This document shows positions 51,901 through 64,000 of a DNA stretch of 64,000 bases, one piece after another. The DNA comes from Paragordius varius (lineage: Eukaryota; Animalia; Nematomorpha): assembly GCA_964247055.1 (NCBI GenBank), contig OZ176056.1, forward strand, positions 2,108,001 to 2,172,000, in the 5' to 3' direction. The notes under the pieces were generated by a model, which saw only the letters and a list, made by a program, of their open reading frames with translations, did not search any database and was not told where the DNA came from. How positions within the stretch are numbered: the first letter of the stretch is position 1; every line of letters starts with the position of its first letter. The position numbers and the translations under genes were made by a program.

Positions 51901-54900
51901 CATCCACTCATCACCGAAGCCCCAATTCAGTAACAAGATAGACGGTGTTTTAGTTGTTAACAAGTTGAGAATAGATTGAAAACAGATTTTGCCGGACGGT
52001 TTATTGTAAGATTTGGCTAACTTGAGTTTACTGTAAAGGACTAAACAGATTAAAGTATTATTGTGGACATCCACTCATCACCGAAGCCCCAATTCAGTAA
52101 CAAGATAGATGGTGTTTTGGTTGTTAACGTGATGAGAATTGATTGAAAACAGATTTTGACGGACGCTTTATTGTAAGACTTGGCTAACTTCATTTTACTG
52201 TAAAGGACTAAATAGATTAGTTATTTTTGCATCCACTCATCACCGAAGCCCCAATTCAGTAACAAGATAGATGGTGTTTTAGTTTCTAACGAGTTGAGAA
52301 TTGATTGAAAACAGATTTTGACGGACGCTTTATTGTAAGACTTGGCTAACTTCCTTTTAGTGTAAAGGACTAAATAGATTAGTTATTTTTGCATCCACTC
52401 ATCACCGAAGCCCCAATTCAGTAACACGATAGATGGTGTTTTAGTTGTTAACGAGTTGAGAATTGATTGAAAACAGATTTTGCCGGACGGTTTATTGTAA
52501 GATTTGGCTAACTTGAGTTTACTGTAAAGGACTAAACAGATTAAAGTATTATTGTGGACATCCACTCATCACCGAAGCCCCAATTCAGTAACAAGATAGA
52601 TGGTGTTTTGGTTGTTAACGTGATGAGAATTGATTGAAAACAGATTTTGACGGACGCTTTATTGTAAGACTTGGCTAACTTCATTTTACTGTAAAGGACT
52701 AAATAGATTAGTTATTTTTGCATCCACTCATCACCGAAGCCCCAATTCAGTAACAAGATAGATGGTGTTTTAGTTGTTAACGAGTTGAGAATTGATTGAA
52801 AACAGATTTCGCCGGACAGTTTATTGTAAGAATTAGCTAACTTGAGTTTACCGTAAAGGACTAAATAGATTAGTTATTTTTGCATCCACTCATCACCAAA
52901 GCCCCAATTCAGTAACAAGATAGATGGTGTTTTAGTTGTTAACGAGTTGAGAATTGATTGAAAACAGATTTTGCCGGACGGTTTATTGTAAGATTTGGCT
53001 AACTTGAGTTTACTGTAAAGGACTAAACAGATTAAAGTATTATTGTGGACATCCACTCATCACCGAAGCCCCAATTCAGTAACAAGATAGACGGTGTTTT
53101 AGTTGTTAACAAGTTGAGAATTTATTGAAAACAGATTTTGCCGGACGGTTTATTGTAAGATTTGGCTAACTTGAGTTTACTGTAAAGGACAAAACAGATT
53201 AAAGTATTATTGTGGACATCCACTCATCACCGAAGCCCCAATTCAGTAACAAGATAGATGGTGTTTTAGTTGTTAACGAGTTGAGAATTGATTGAAAACA
53301 GATTTTGCCGGACGGTTTATTGTAAGATTTGGCTAACTTGAGTTTACTGTAAAGGACTAAACAGATTAAAGTATTATTGTTGACATCCACTCATCACCGA
53401 AGCCCCAATTCAGTAACAAGATAGACGGTGTTTTAGTTGTTAACAAGTTGAGAATTGATTGAAAACAGATTTTGCCGGACGGTTTATTGTAAGATTTGGC
53501 TAACTTGAGTTTACTGTAAAGGACAAAACAGATTAAAGTATTATTGTGGACATCCACTCATCACCGAAGCCCCAATTCAGTAACAAGATAGACGGTGTTT
53601 TAGTTGTTAACAAGTTGAGAATTGATTGAAAACAGATTTTGCCGGACGGTTTATTGTAAGATTTGGCTAACTTGAGTTTACTGTAAAGGACTAAACAGAT
53701 TAAAGTATTATTGTGGACATCCACTCATCACCGAAGCCCCAATTCAGTAACAAGATAGATGGTGTTTTGGTTGTTAACGTGATGAGAATTGATTGAAAAC
53801 AGATTTTGACGGACGCTTTATTGTAAGACTTGGCTAACTTCATTTTACTGTAAAGGACTAAATAGATTAGTTATTTTTGCATCCACTCATCACCGAAGCC
53901 CCAATTCAGTAACAAGATAGATGGTGTTTTAGTTTCTAACGAGTTGAGAATTGATTGAAAACAGATTTTGACGGACGCTTTATTGTAAGACTTGGCTAAC
54001 TTCCTTTTACTGTAAAGGACTAAATAGATTAGTTATTTTTGCATCCACTCATCACCGAAGCCCCAATTCAGTAACACGATAGATGGTGTTTTAGTTGTTA
54101 ACGAGTTGAGAATTGATTGAAAACAGATTTTGCCGGACGGTTTATTGTAAGATTTGGCTAACTTGAGTTTACTGTAAAGGACTAAACAGATTAAAGTATT
54201 ATTGTGGACATCCACTCATCACCGAAGCCCCAATTCAGTAACAAGATAGACGGTGTTTTAGTTGTTAACAAGTTGAGAATTGATTGAAAACAGATTTTGC
54301 CGGACGGTTTATTGTAAGATTTGGCTAACTTGAGTTTACTGTAAAGGACAAAACAGATTAAAGTATTATTGTGGACATCCACTCATCACCGAAGCCCCAA
54401 TTCAGTAACAAGATAGACGGTGTTTTAGTTGTTAACAAGTTGAGAATTGATTGAAAACAGATTTTGCCGGACGGTTTATTGTAAGATTTGGCTAACTTGA
54501 GTTTACTGTAAAGGACTAAACAGATTAAAGTATTATTGTGGACATCCACTCATCACCGAAGCCCCAATTCAGTAACAAGATAGATGGTGTTTTGGTTGTT
54601 AACGTGATGAGAATTGATTGAAAACAGATTTTGACGGACGCTTTATTGTAAGACTTGGCTAACTTCATTTTACTGTAAAGGACTAAATAGATTAGTTATT
54701 TTTGCATCCACTCATCACCGAAGCCCCAATTCAGTAACAAGATAGATGGTGTTTTAGTTTCTAACGAGTTGAGAATTGATTGAAAACAGATTTTGACGGA
54801 CGCTTTATTGTAAGACTTGGCTAACTTCCTGTTACTGTAAAGGACTAAATAGATTAGTTATTTTTGCATCCACTCATCACCGAAGCCCCAATTCAGTAAC

Positions 54901-57900
54901 AAGATAGATGGTGTTTTAGTTGTTAACGAGTTGAGAATTGATTGAAAACAGATTTCGCCGGACAGTTTATTGTAAGAATTAGCTAACTTGAGTTTACCGT
55001 AAAGGACTAAATAGATTAGTTATTTTTGCATCCACTCATCACGAAGCCCCAATTCAGTAACAAGATAGATGGTGTTTTAGTTGTTAACGAGTTGAGAATT
55101 GATTGATGACAGATTTCGCCGGACAGTTTATTGTAAGACTTGGCTAACTTGGGTTTACTGTAAAGGACTAAACAGATTAAGTTATTTTGTGCATCCACTC
55201 ATCACCGAAGCCCCCATTCAGTAACAAGATAGATGGTGTTTTAGTTGTTAACGAGTTGAGAATTGATTGAAAACAGATTTTGCCGGACGGTTGATTGTAA
55301 GACTTGGCTAACTTGAGTTTACTGTAAAGGACTAAACAGATTAAAGTATTATTTTGTACATCCACTCATCACCGAAGCCCCAATTCAGTAACAAGATAGA
55401 CGGTGTTTTGGTTGTTAACGAGTTGAGAATTGATTGAAAACAGATTTTGCCGGACGGTATATTGTAAAGACTTGGCTAACTTGAGTTTACTGTAAAGGAC
55501 TATACAGATTAAAGTATTAATGTGTACATCCACTCATCACCGAAGCCCCAATTCAGTAACAAGATAGATGGTGTTTTAGTTGTTAACAAGTTGAGAATTG
55601 ATTGAAAACAGATTTTGCCGGACGGTTTATTGTAAGATTTGGCTAACTAGAGTTTACTGTAAAGGACTAAACAGATTAAGTTATTTTGTGCATCCACTCA
55701 TCACCGAAGCCCCCATTCAGTAACAGATGGTGTTTTAGTTGTTAACGAGTTGAGAATTGATTGAAAACAGATTTTGCCGGACGGTTGATTGTGAGACTTC
55801 GCTAACTTGAGTTTACTGTAAAGGACTAAACAGATTAAAGTATTATTGTGTACATCCACTCATCACCGAAGCCCCAATTCAGTAACAGGATAGACGGTGT
55901 TTTGGTTGTTAACGAGTTGAGAATTGATTGAAAACAGATTTTGCCGGACGGTTTATTGTAAAGACTTGGCTAACTTTATTTTACTGTAAAGGACTAAATA
56001 GATTAGTTATTTTTGCATCCACTCATCACCGAAGCCCCAATTCAGTAACAAGATAGATGGTGTTTTAGTTGTTAACGAGTTGAGAATTGATTGAAAACAG
56101 ATTTCGCCGGACAGTTTATTGTAAGAATTAGCTAACTTGAGTTTACCGTAAAGGACTAAATAGATTAGTTATTTTTGCATCCACTCATCACCGAAGCCCC
56201 AATTCAGTAACAAGATAGATGGTGTTTTAGTTTCTAACGAGTTGAGAATTGATTGAAAACAGATTTTGACGGACGCTTTATTGTAAGACTTGGCTAACTT
56301 CCTTTTACTGTAAAGGACTAAATAGATTAGTTATTTTTGCATCCACTCATCACCGAAGCCCCAATTCAGTAACAAGATAGATGGTGTTTTAGTTGTTAAC
56401 GAGTTGAGAATTGATTGAAAACAGATTTTGCCGGACGGTTGATTGTGAGACTTCGCTAACTTGAGTTTACTGTAAAGGACTAAACAGATTAAAGTATTAT
56501 TGTGTACATCCACTCATCACCGAAGCCCCAATTCAGTAACAAGATAGACGGTGTTTTGGTTGTTAACGAGTTGAGAATTGATTGAAAACAGATTTTGCCG
56601 GACGGTTTATTGTAAAGACTTGGCTAACTTGAGTTTACTGTAAAGGACTAAACAGATTAAAGTATTATTGTGTACATCCACTCATTACCGAAGCCGCCAT
56701 TCAGTAACAAGATAGATGGTGTTTTGGTTGTTAACGAGTTGAGAATTGATTGAAAACAGATTTTGCCGGACGGTTTATTGTAAGACTTGGCTAACTTGAG
56801 TTTACTGTAAATAACTAAACAGATTAAAGTATTAATGTGTACATCCACTCATCACCGAAGCCCCAATTCAGTAACAAGATAGACGGTGTTTTAGTTGTTA
56901 ACAAGTTGAGAATTGATTGAAAACAGATTTTGCCGGACGGTTTATTGTAAGATTTGGCTAACTTGAGTTTACTGTAAAGGACTAAACAGATTAAAGTATT
57001 ATTGTGGACATCCACTCATCACCGAAGCCCCAATTCAGTAACAAGATAGACGGTGTTTTAGTTGTTAACAAGTTGAGAATTGATTGAAAACAGATTTTGC
57101 CGGACGGTTTATTGTAAGATTTGGCTAACTTGAGTTTACTGTAAAGGACTAAACAGATTAAAGTATTATTGTGGACATCCACTCATCACCGAAGCCCCAA
57201 TTCAGTAACAAGATAGATGGTGTTTTGGTTGTTAACGTGATGAGAATTGATTGAAAACAGATTTTGACGGACGCTTTATTGTAAGACTTGGCTAACTTCA
57301 TTTTACTGTAAAGGACTAAATAGATTAGTTATTTTTGCATCCACTCATCACCGAAGCCCCAATTCAGTAACAAGATAGATGGTGTTTTAGTTTCTAACGA
57401 GTTGAGAATTGATTGAAAACAGATTTTGACGGACGCTTTATTGTAAGACTTGGCTAACTTCCTTTTACTGTAAAGGACTAAATAGATTAGTTATTTTTGC
57501 ATCCACTCATCACCGAAGCCCCAATTCAGTAACACGATAGATGGTGTTTTAGTTGTTAACGAGTTGAGAATTGATTGAAAACAGATTTTGCCGGACGGTT
57601 TATTGTAAGATTTGGCTAACTTGAGTTTACTGTAAAGGACTAAACAGATTAAAGTATTATTGTGGACATCCACTCATCACCGAAGCCCCAATTCAGTAAC
57701 AAGATAGACGGTGTTTTAGTTGTTAACAAGTTGAGAATTGATTGAAAACAGATTTTGCCGGACGGTTTATTGTAAGATTTGGCTAACTTGAGTTTACTGT
57801 AAAGGACAAAACAGATTAAAGTATTATTGTGGACATCCACTCATCACCGAAGCCCCAATTCAGTAACAAGATAGACGGTGTTTTAGTTGTTAACAAGTTG

Positions 57901-60900
57901 AGAATTGATTGAAAACAGATTTTGCCGGACGGTTTATTGTAAGATTTGGCTAACTTGAGTTTACTGTAAAGGACTAAACAGATTAAAGTATTATTGTGGA
58001 CATCCACTCATCACCGAAGCCCCAATTCAGTAACAAGATAGATGGTGTTTTGGTTGTTAACGTGATGAGAATTGATTGAAAACAGATTTTGACGGACGCT
58101 TTATTGTAAGACTTGGCTAACTTCATTTTACTGTAAAGGACTAAATAGATTAGTTATTTTTGCATCCACTCATCACCGAAGCCCCAATTCAGTAACAAGA
58201 TAGATGGTGTTTTAGTTTCTAACGAGTTGAGAATTGATTGAAAACAGATTTTGACGGACGCTTTATTGTAAGACTTGGCTAACTTCCTGTTACTGTAAAG
58301 GACTAAATAGATTAGTTATTTTTGCATCCACTCATCACCGAAGCCCCAATTCAGTAACAAGATAGATGGTGTTTTAGTTGTTAACGAGTTGAGAATTGAT
58401 TGAAAACAGATTTCGCCGGACAGTTTATTGTAAGAATTAGCTAACTTGAGTTTACCGTAAAGGACTAAATAGATTAGTTATTTTTGCATCCACTCATCAC
58501 GAAGCCCCAATTCAGTAACAAGATAGATGGTGTTTTAGTTGTTAACGAGTTGAGAATTGATTGATGACAGATTTCGCCGGACAGTTTATTGTAAGACTTG
58601 GCTAACTTGGGTTTACTGTAAAGGACTAAACAGATTAAGTTATTTTGTGCATCCACTCATCACCGAAGCCCCCATTCAGTAACAAGATAGATGGTGTTTT
58701 AGTTGTTAACGAGTTGAGAATTGATTGAAAACAGATTTTGCCGGACGGTTGATTGTAAGACTTGGCTAACTTGAGTTTACTGTAAAGGACTAAACAGATT
58801 AAAGTATTATTTTGTACATCCACTCATCACCGAAGCCCCAATTCAGTAACAAGATAGACGGTGTTTTGGTTGTTAACGAGTTGAGAATTGATTGAAAACA
58901 GATTTTGCCGGACGGTATATTGTAAAGACTTGGCTAACTTGAGTTTACTGTAAAGGACTATACAGATTAAAGTATTAATGTGTACATCCACTCATCACCG
59001 AAGCCCCAATTCAGTAACAAGATAGATGGTGTTTTAGTTGTTAACAAGTTGAGAATTGATTGAAAACAGATTTTGCCGGACGGTTTATTGTAAGATTTGG
59101 CTAACTAGAGTTTACTGTAAAGGACTAAACAGATTAAGTTATTTTGTGCATCCACTCATCACCGAAGCCCCCATTCAGTAACAGATGGTGTTTTAGTTGT
59201 TAACGAGTTGAGAATTGATTGAAAACAGATTTTGCCGGACGGTTGATTGTGAGACTTCGCTAACTTGAGTTTACTGTAAAGGACTAAACAGATTAAAGTA
59301 TTATTGTGTACATCCACTCATCACCGAAGCCCCAATTCAGTAACAGGATAGACGGTGTTTTGGTTGTTAACGAGTTGAGAATTGATTGAAAACAGATTTT
59401 GCCGGACGGTTTATTGTAAAGACTTGGCTAACTTTATTTTACTGTAAAGGACTAAATAGATTAGTTATTTTTGCATCCACTCATCACCGAAGCCCCAATT
59501 CAGTAACAAGATAGATGGTGTTTTAGTTGTTAACGAGTTGAGAATTGATTGAAAACAGATTTCGCCGGACAGTTTATTGTAAGAATTAGCTAACTTGAGT
59601 TTACCGTAAAGGACTAAATAGATTAGTTATTTTTGCATCCACTCATCACCGAAGCCCCAATTCAGTAACAAGATAGATGGTGTTTTAGTTTCTAACGAGT
59701 TGAGAATTGATTGAAAACAGATTTTGACGGACGCTTTATTGTAAGACTTGGCTAACTTCCTTTTACTGTAAAGGACTAAATAGATTAGTTATTTTTGCAT
59801 CCACTCATCACCGAAGCCCCAATTCAGTAACAAGATAGATGGTGTTTTAGTTGTTAACGAGTTGAGAATTGATTGAAAACAGATTTTGCCGGACGGTTGA
59901 TTGTGAGACTTCGCTAACTTGAGTTTACTGTAAAGGACTAAACAGATTAAAGTATTATTGTGTACATCCACTCATCACCGAAGCCCCAATTCAGTAACAA
60001 GATAGACGGTGTTTTGGTTGTTAACGAGTTGAGAATTGATTGAAAACAGATTTTGCCGGACGGTTTATTGTAAAGACTTGGCTAACTTGAGTTTACTGTA
60101 AAGGACTAAACAGATTAAAGTATTATTGTGTACATCCACTCATTACCGAAGCCGCCATTCAGTAACAAGATAGATGGTGTTTTGGTTGTTAACGAGTTGA
60201 GAATTGATTGAAAACAGATTTTGCCGGACGGTTTATTGTAAGACTTGGCTAACTTGAGTTTACTGTAAATAACTAAACAGATTAAAGTATTAATGTGTAC
60301 ATCCACTCATCACCGAAGCCCCAATTCAGTAACAAGATAGACGGTGTTTTAGTTGTTAACAAGTTGAGAATTGATTGAAAACAGATTTTGCCGGACGGTT
60401 TATTGTAAGATTTGGCTAACTTGAGTTTACTGTAAAGGACTAAACAGATTAAAGTATTATTGTGGACATCCACTCATCACCGAAGCCCCAATTCAGTAAC
60501 AAGATAGACGGTGTTTTAGTTGTTAACAAGTTGAGAATTGATTGAAAACAGATTTTGCCGGACGGTTTATTGTAAGATTTGGCTAACTTGAGTTTACTGT
60601 AAAGGACTAAACAGATTAAAGTATTATTGTGGACATCCACTCATTACCGAAGCCGCCATTCAGTAACAAGATAGATGGTGTTTTGGTTGTTAACGAGTTG
60701 AGAATTGATTGAAAACAGATTTTGCCGGACGGTTGATTGTAAGACTTGGCTAACTTGAGTTTACTGTAAAGGACTAAACAGATTAAAGTATTAGTGTGTA
60801 CATCCACTCATCACCGAAGCCCCAATTCAGTAACAAGATAGATGGTGTTTTAATTGTTAACAAGTTGAGAATTGATTGAAAACAGATTTTGCCGGACGGT

Positions 60901-62490
60901 TTATTGTAAGACTTGGCTAACTTGAGTTTACTGTAAATAACTAAACAGATTAAAGTATTAATGTGTACATCCACTCATCACCGAAGCCCCAATTCAGTAA
61001 CAAGATAGACGGTGTTTTAGTTGTTAACAAGTTGAGAATTGATTGAAAACAGATTTTGCCGGACGGTTTATTGTAAGATTTGGCTAACTTGAGTTTACTG
61101 TAAAGGAACAGATTAAAGTATTATTGTGTACATCCACTCATCACCGAAGCCGCCATTCAGTAACAAGATAGATGGTGTTTTGGTTGTTAACGAGTTGAGA
61201 ATTGATTGAAAACAGATTTTGCCGGACGGTTTATTGTAAGATTTGGCTAACTTGAGTTTACTGTAAAGGACTAAACAGATTAAAATATTATTGTGTACAT
61301 CCACTCATCACCGAAGCCCCAATTCAGTAACAAGATAGACGGTGTTTTGGTTGTTAACGAGTTGAGAATTGATTGAAAACAGATTTTGCCGGACGGTTTA
61401 TTGTAAGATTTGGCTAACTTGAGTTTACTGTAAAGGACTAAACAGATTAAAATATTATTGTGTACATCCACTCATCACCGAAGCCCCAATTCAGTAACAA
61501 GATAGATGGTGTTTTAGTTGTTAACGAGTTGAGAATTGATTGAAAACAGATTTTGCCGGACGGTTTATTGTAAGATTTGGCTAACTTGAGTTTACTGTAA
61601 AGGACTAAACAGATTAAAGTATTATTGTGGACATCCACTCATCACCGAAGCCCCAATTCAGTAACAAGATAGATGGTGTTTTAGTTGTTAACGAGTATGA
61701 TTGAAAACAGATTTCGCCGGACAGTTTATTGTAAGAATTAGCTAACTTGAGTTTACCGTAAAGGACTAAACAGATTAAAGTATTATTGTGGACATCCACT
61801 CATCACCGAAGCCCCACATCAGTAACAAGATAGACGGTGTTTTGGTTGTAAACGAGTTGAGAATTGATTGAAAACAGATTTCGCCGGACAGTTTATTGTA
61901 AGACTTGGCTAACTTGGGTTTACTGTATAGGACTAAACAGATTAAAGTATTATTGTGTACATCCACTCATCACCGAAGCCGCCATTCAGTAACAAGATAG
62001 ATGGTGTTTTAGTTGTTAACGAGTTGAGAATTGATTGAAAACAGATTTTGCCGGACGGTTGATTGTAAGATTTGGCTAACTTGAGTTTACTGTAAAGGAC
62101 TAAACAGATTAAAATATTATTGTGTACATCCACTCATCACCGAAGCCCCAATTCAGTAACAAGATAGACGGTGTTTTGGTTGTTAACGAGTTGAGAATTG
62201 ATTGAAAACAGATTTTGCCGGACGGTTTATTGTAAGATTTGGCTAACTTGAGTTTACTGTAAAGGACTAACCAGATTAAAGTATTATTGTGTACATCCAC
62301 TCATCACCGAAGCCCCAATTCAGTAACAAGATAGACGATGTTTTGGTTGTTAACGAGTTGAGAATTGATTGAAAACAGATTTTGCCGGACGGTGTTTTGT
62401 AAAGACTTGGCTAACTTGAGTTTATTGTAAAGGCCTAAACAGATTAAAGTATTATTGTGTACATCCACTCATTACCGAACCCACCGATTT
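48929..62490. repeat. Satellite array B, same family, mostly 167 and 162 bp monomers (about 82 copies) with higher-order repeats
   Basis: Same monomer as array A; ORF-track offsets of 658, 2308 and 3458 bp reveal higher-order repeats. Confidence 0.98.
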
Positions 62491-63016
62491 TCAAAACAAG
62501 AGAAGGTTGTAGGTTTTATGTATTCTATTTGTGTCTTATTATTTAAAAAACATTAACTTTAATAAAATGATTGTTGCTTAAATTATATATGCTCATGTTT
62601 TAAGCATTTTGTACAATAACGAGAAAAAGCTATTTCACAAATATTAATATTACAAACACAACATGGAAAAATTGAAAAATATTTTTTTAAAAGACTACTC
62701 TACTTATTCATAAATTATGATTCCCATAATTATAAAAATAAGCTAAACCAATTTACATCTCTAATTCCCATTTCACAACCCAAAGAGTTAAATAGAAAAA
62801 ACAAAAAAAAGAAATGGTTGTTTTTAATTTTTACTTATTGTCTGTGTAATTCAAATTACTGTAAGTTTGATTATACACATTTTAAAAATGTGAAAATGTA
62901 AAATAATCATTTTAAACTACCGAAAATGTTCATTAAAAATAAAAACAAGGATTTTTTCATAAGATATCCACCTTATCAAATGACCCCACATGCTCAATGA
63001 AAATGGGCGAACACTG

Positions 63017-64000
63017 CAGTGACTTACCGAGCAGGCGCCCGGGGCATAAAAACGATCTTGACCCATCGTCGATCGCATATATGTTAAAATAAATTTTAGT
63101 TTGCTGGAGGTTTCAAAACTAGCGACTGACGTTGAAATAGTTAAAAGTATTTGAAGTGCAATCCTTGTATTGGGAAACACCGCCGCATAAAATTATAAAG
63201 GTTAAGAGTTCTAAAGGAGTTTCAGGTTTGACACCTTTTCGACTTAGGAGTACTATCCTACAATCACAAATTTCATTAAATAGATCTGTTCCATTAAAAT
63301 CTCTATTGCAAAATTCGCCTATATATTTACTCTTATTTTTAAATCTTATTGTTATTTATTATCAATATTTTTGATATCTACAAAAATCTATAGTTTTCAT
63401 ATAATTTTAGCTTTTTTATGGCTTCCTCAAAAATTTGATTCCAATATCATTAGTTAAGGATTCAAGGTCCTTAAATGCTTCATTAAAATTAATTTTAGGA
63501 TCTTGCAATCTATGTTAAACCCTATTGATTCTTTTTCGTATTTGCTTGAAAAAAATTAACGTTAGAAATTAAAAACACTCTGGATTAAAACGGATGCCTC
63601 ACTTCTTGTTTCACTAGTATTTGAAGTATTTTTACTTAAATCTCTAATAGCTCTATCAAATCATTTATTCCCTCAACAATGCCATTTGCTTGAATTCTGA
63701 CACTCCATCGGGTTTCAGACTCACGCTTAACAGTTTTTTTAGTTTCTTTTTTAGTATGTCCCATCTAATAGTTGAACGTAAAAAAGATAGATATTTTAAA
63801 TTATTCCGGCGCAGGTCACAACAATAATATCTTGTTTTGATTTTTTCCATTTCAACATTTTATGAAGTATTACAACCAAATGCCCCTTAAAATATCTCAA
63901 AAAATATTTTTAGCGTCAGGCTAAATTTAATGATGTGCAGTTTAAGCCTCTTAGGCACATGATAAAGCAAATAGGTAAAAAATCTCCATATACTTTTCGG
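63017..64000 (-). mobile_element. Decayed hAT DNA transposon (ZMYM1-like transposase pseudogene)
   Basis: FPNTRIALQILLTISTSVAS...SKLKFILTYMRSTMGQDR matches the hAT dimerisation domain. DLFNEICDCRIVLLSR..PETPLELLTFI and STIRWDILKK lie upstream with stops and frameshifts. Putative terminus cagtgacttacc at 63017. Confidence 0.88.

Larger units (their letters stand above)
33129..62870. repeat. Segmental duplication, copy B
   Basis: Collinear with 1-23300; homology ends shortly before the hAT remnant. Confidence 0.95.

Noticed and set aside
48929-62490. Dozens of near-identical 60-63 aa ORFs (MDVHNNTLICLVLYSK...) as a tandem gene family
   Set aside because: They are one reading frame of the satellite. 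The initial M is a GTG directly after TGA TGA, the ORFs overlap each other, and they vanish in other monomer variants.

Overview
Very AT-rich eukaryotic DNA, probably animal judging by the animal-type ACC motifs; the species cannot be determined from the sequence. The window holds two diverged tandem copies of one block (1..~23300 matches 33129..~62870). Each block is about 16 kb of gene-poor, MITE-littered sequence upstream of an acetyl-CoA carboxylase (ACC) start codon, followed by a 162-168 bp satellite array (about 6 kb in the left copy, about 13.5 kb in the right). Between the copies, on the minus strand, is an 11-exon ACC gene (33129 to 25420, 675 uninterrupted codons). It encodes only the biotin carboxylase (BC) domain, carries two large low-complexity inserts, and is not followed by the BT/BCCP/CT exons. 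By homology, base 1 of the window is the A of the ATG of a second ACC copy lying just left of the window. The junction (23.3-25.4 kb) holds an orphan four-exon reading frame ending in an FN3-like half domain and an inverted, diverged satellite monomer. A decayed hAT transposase ends the window. The many 60-63 aa ORFs in the track are satellite translation artefacts. All identities, alignments and family comparisons were made by eye or from memory, not computed.
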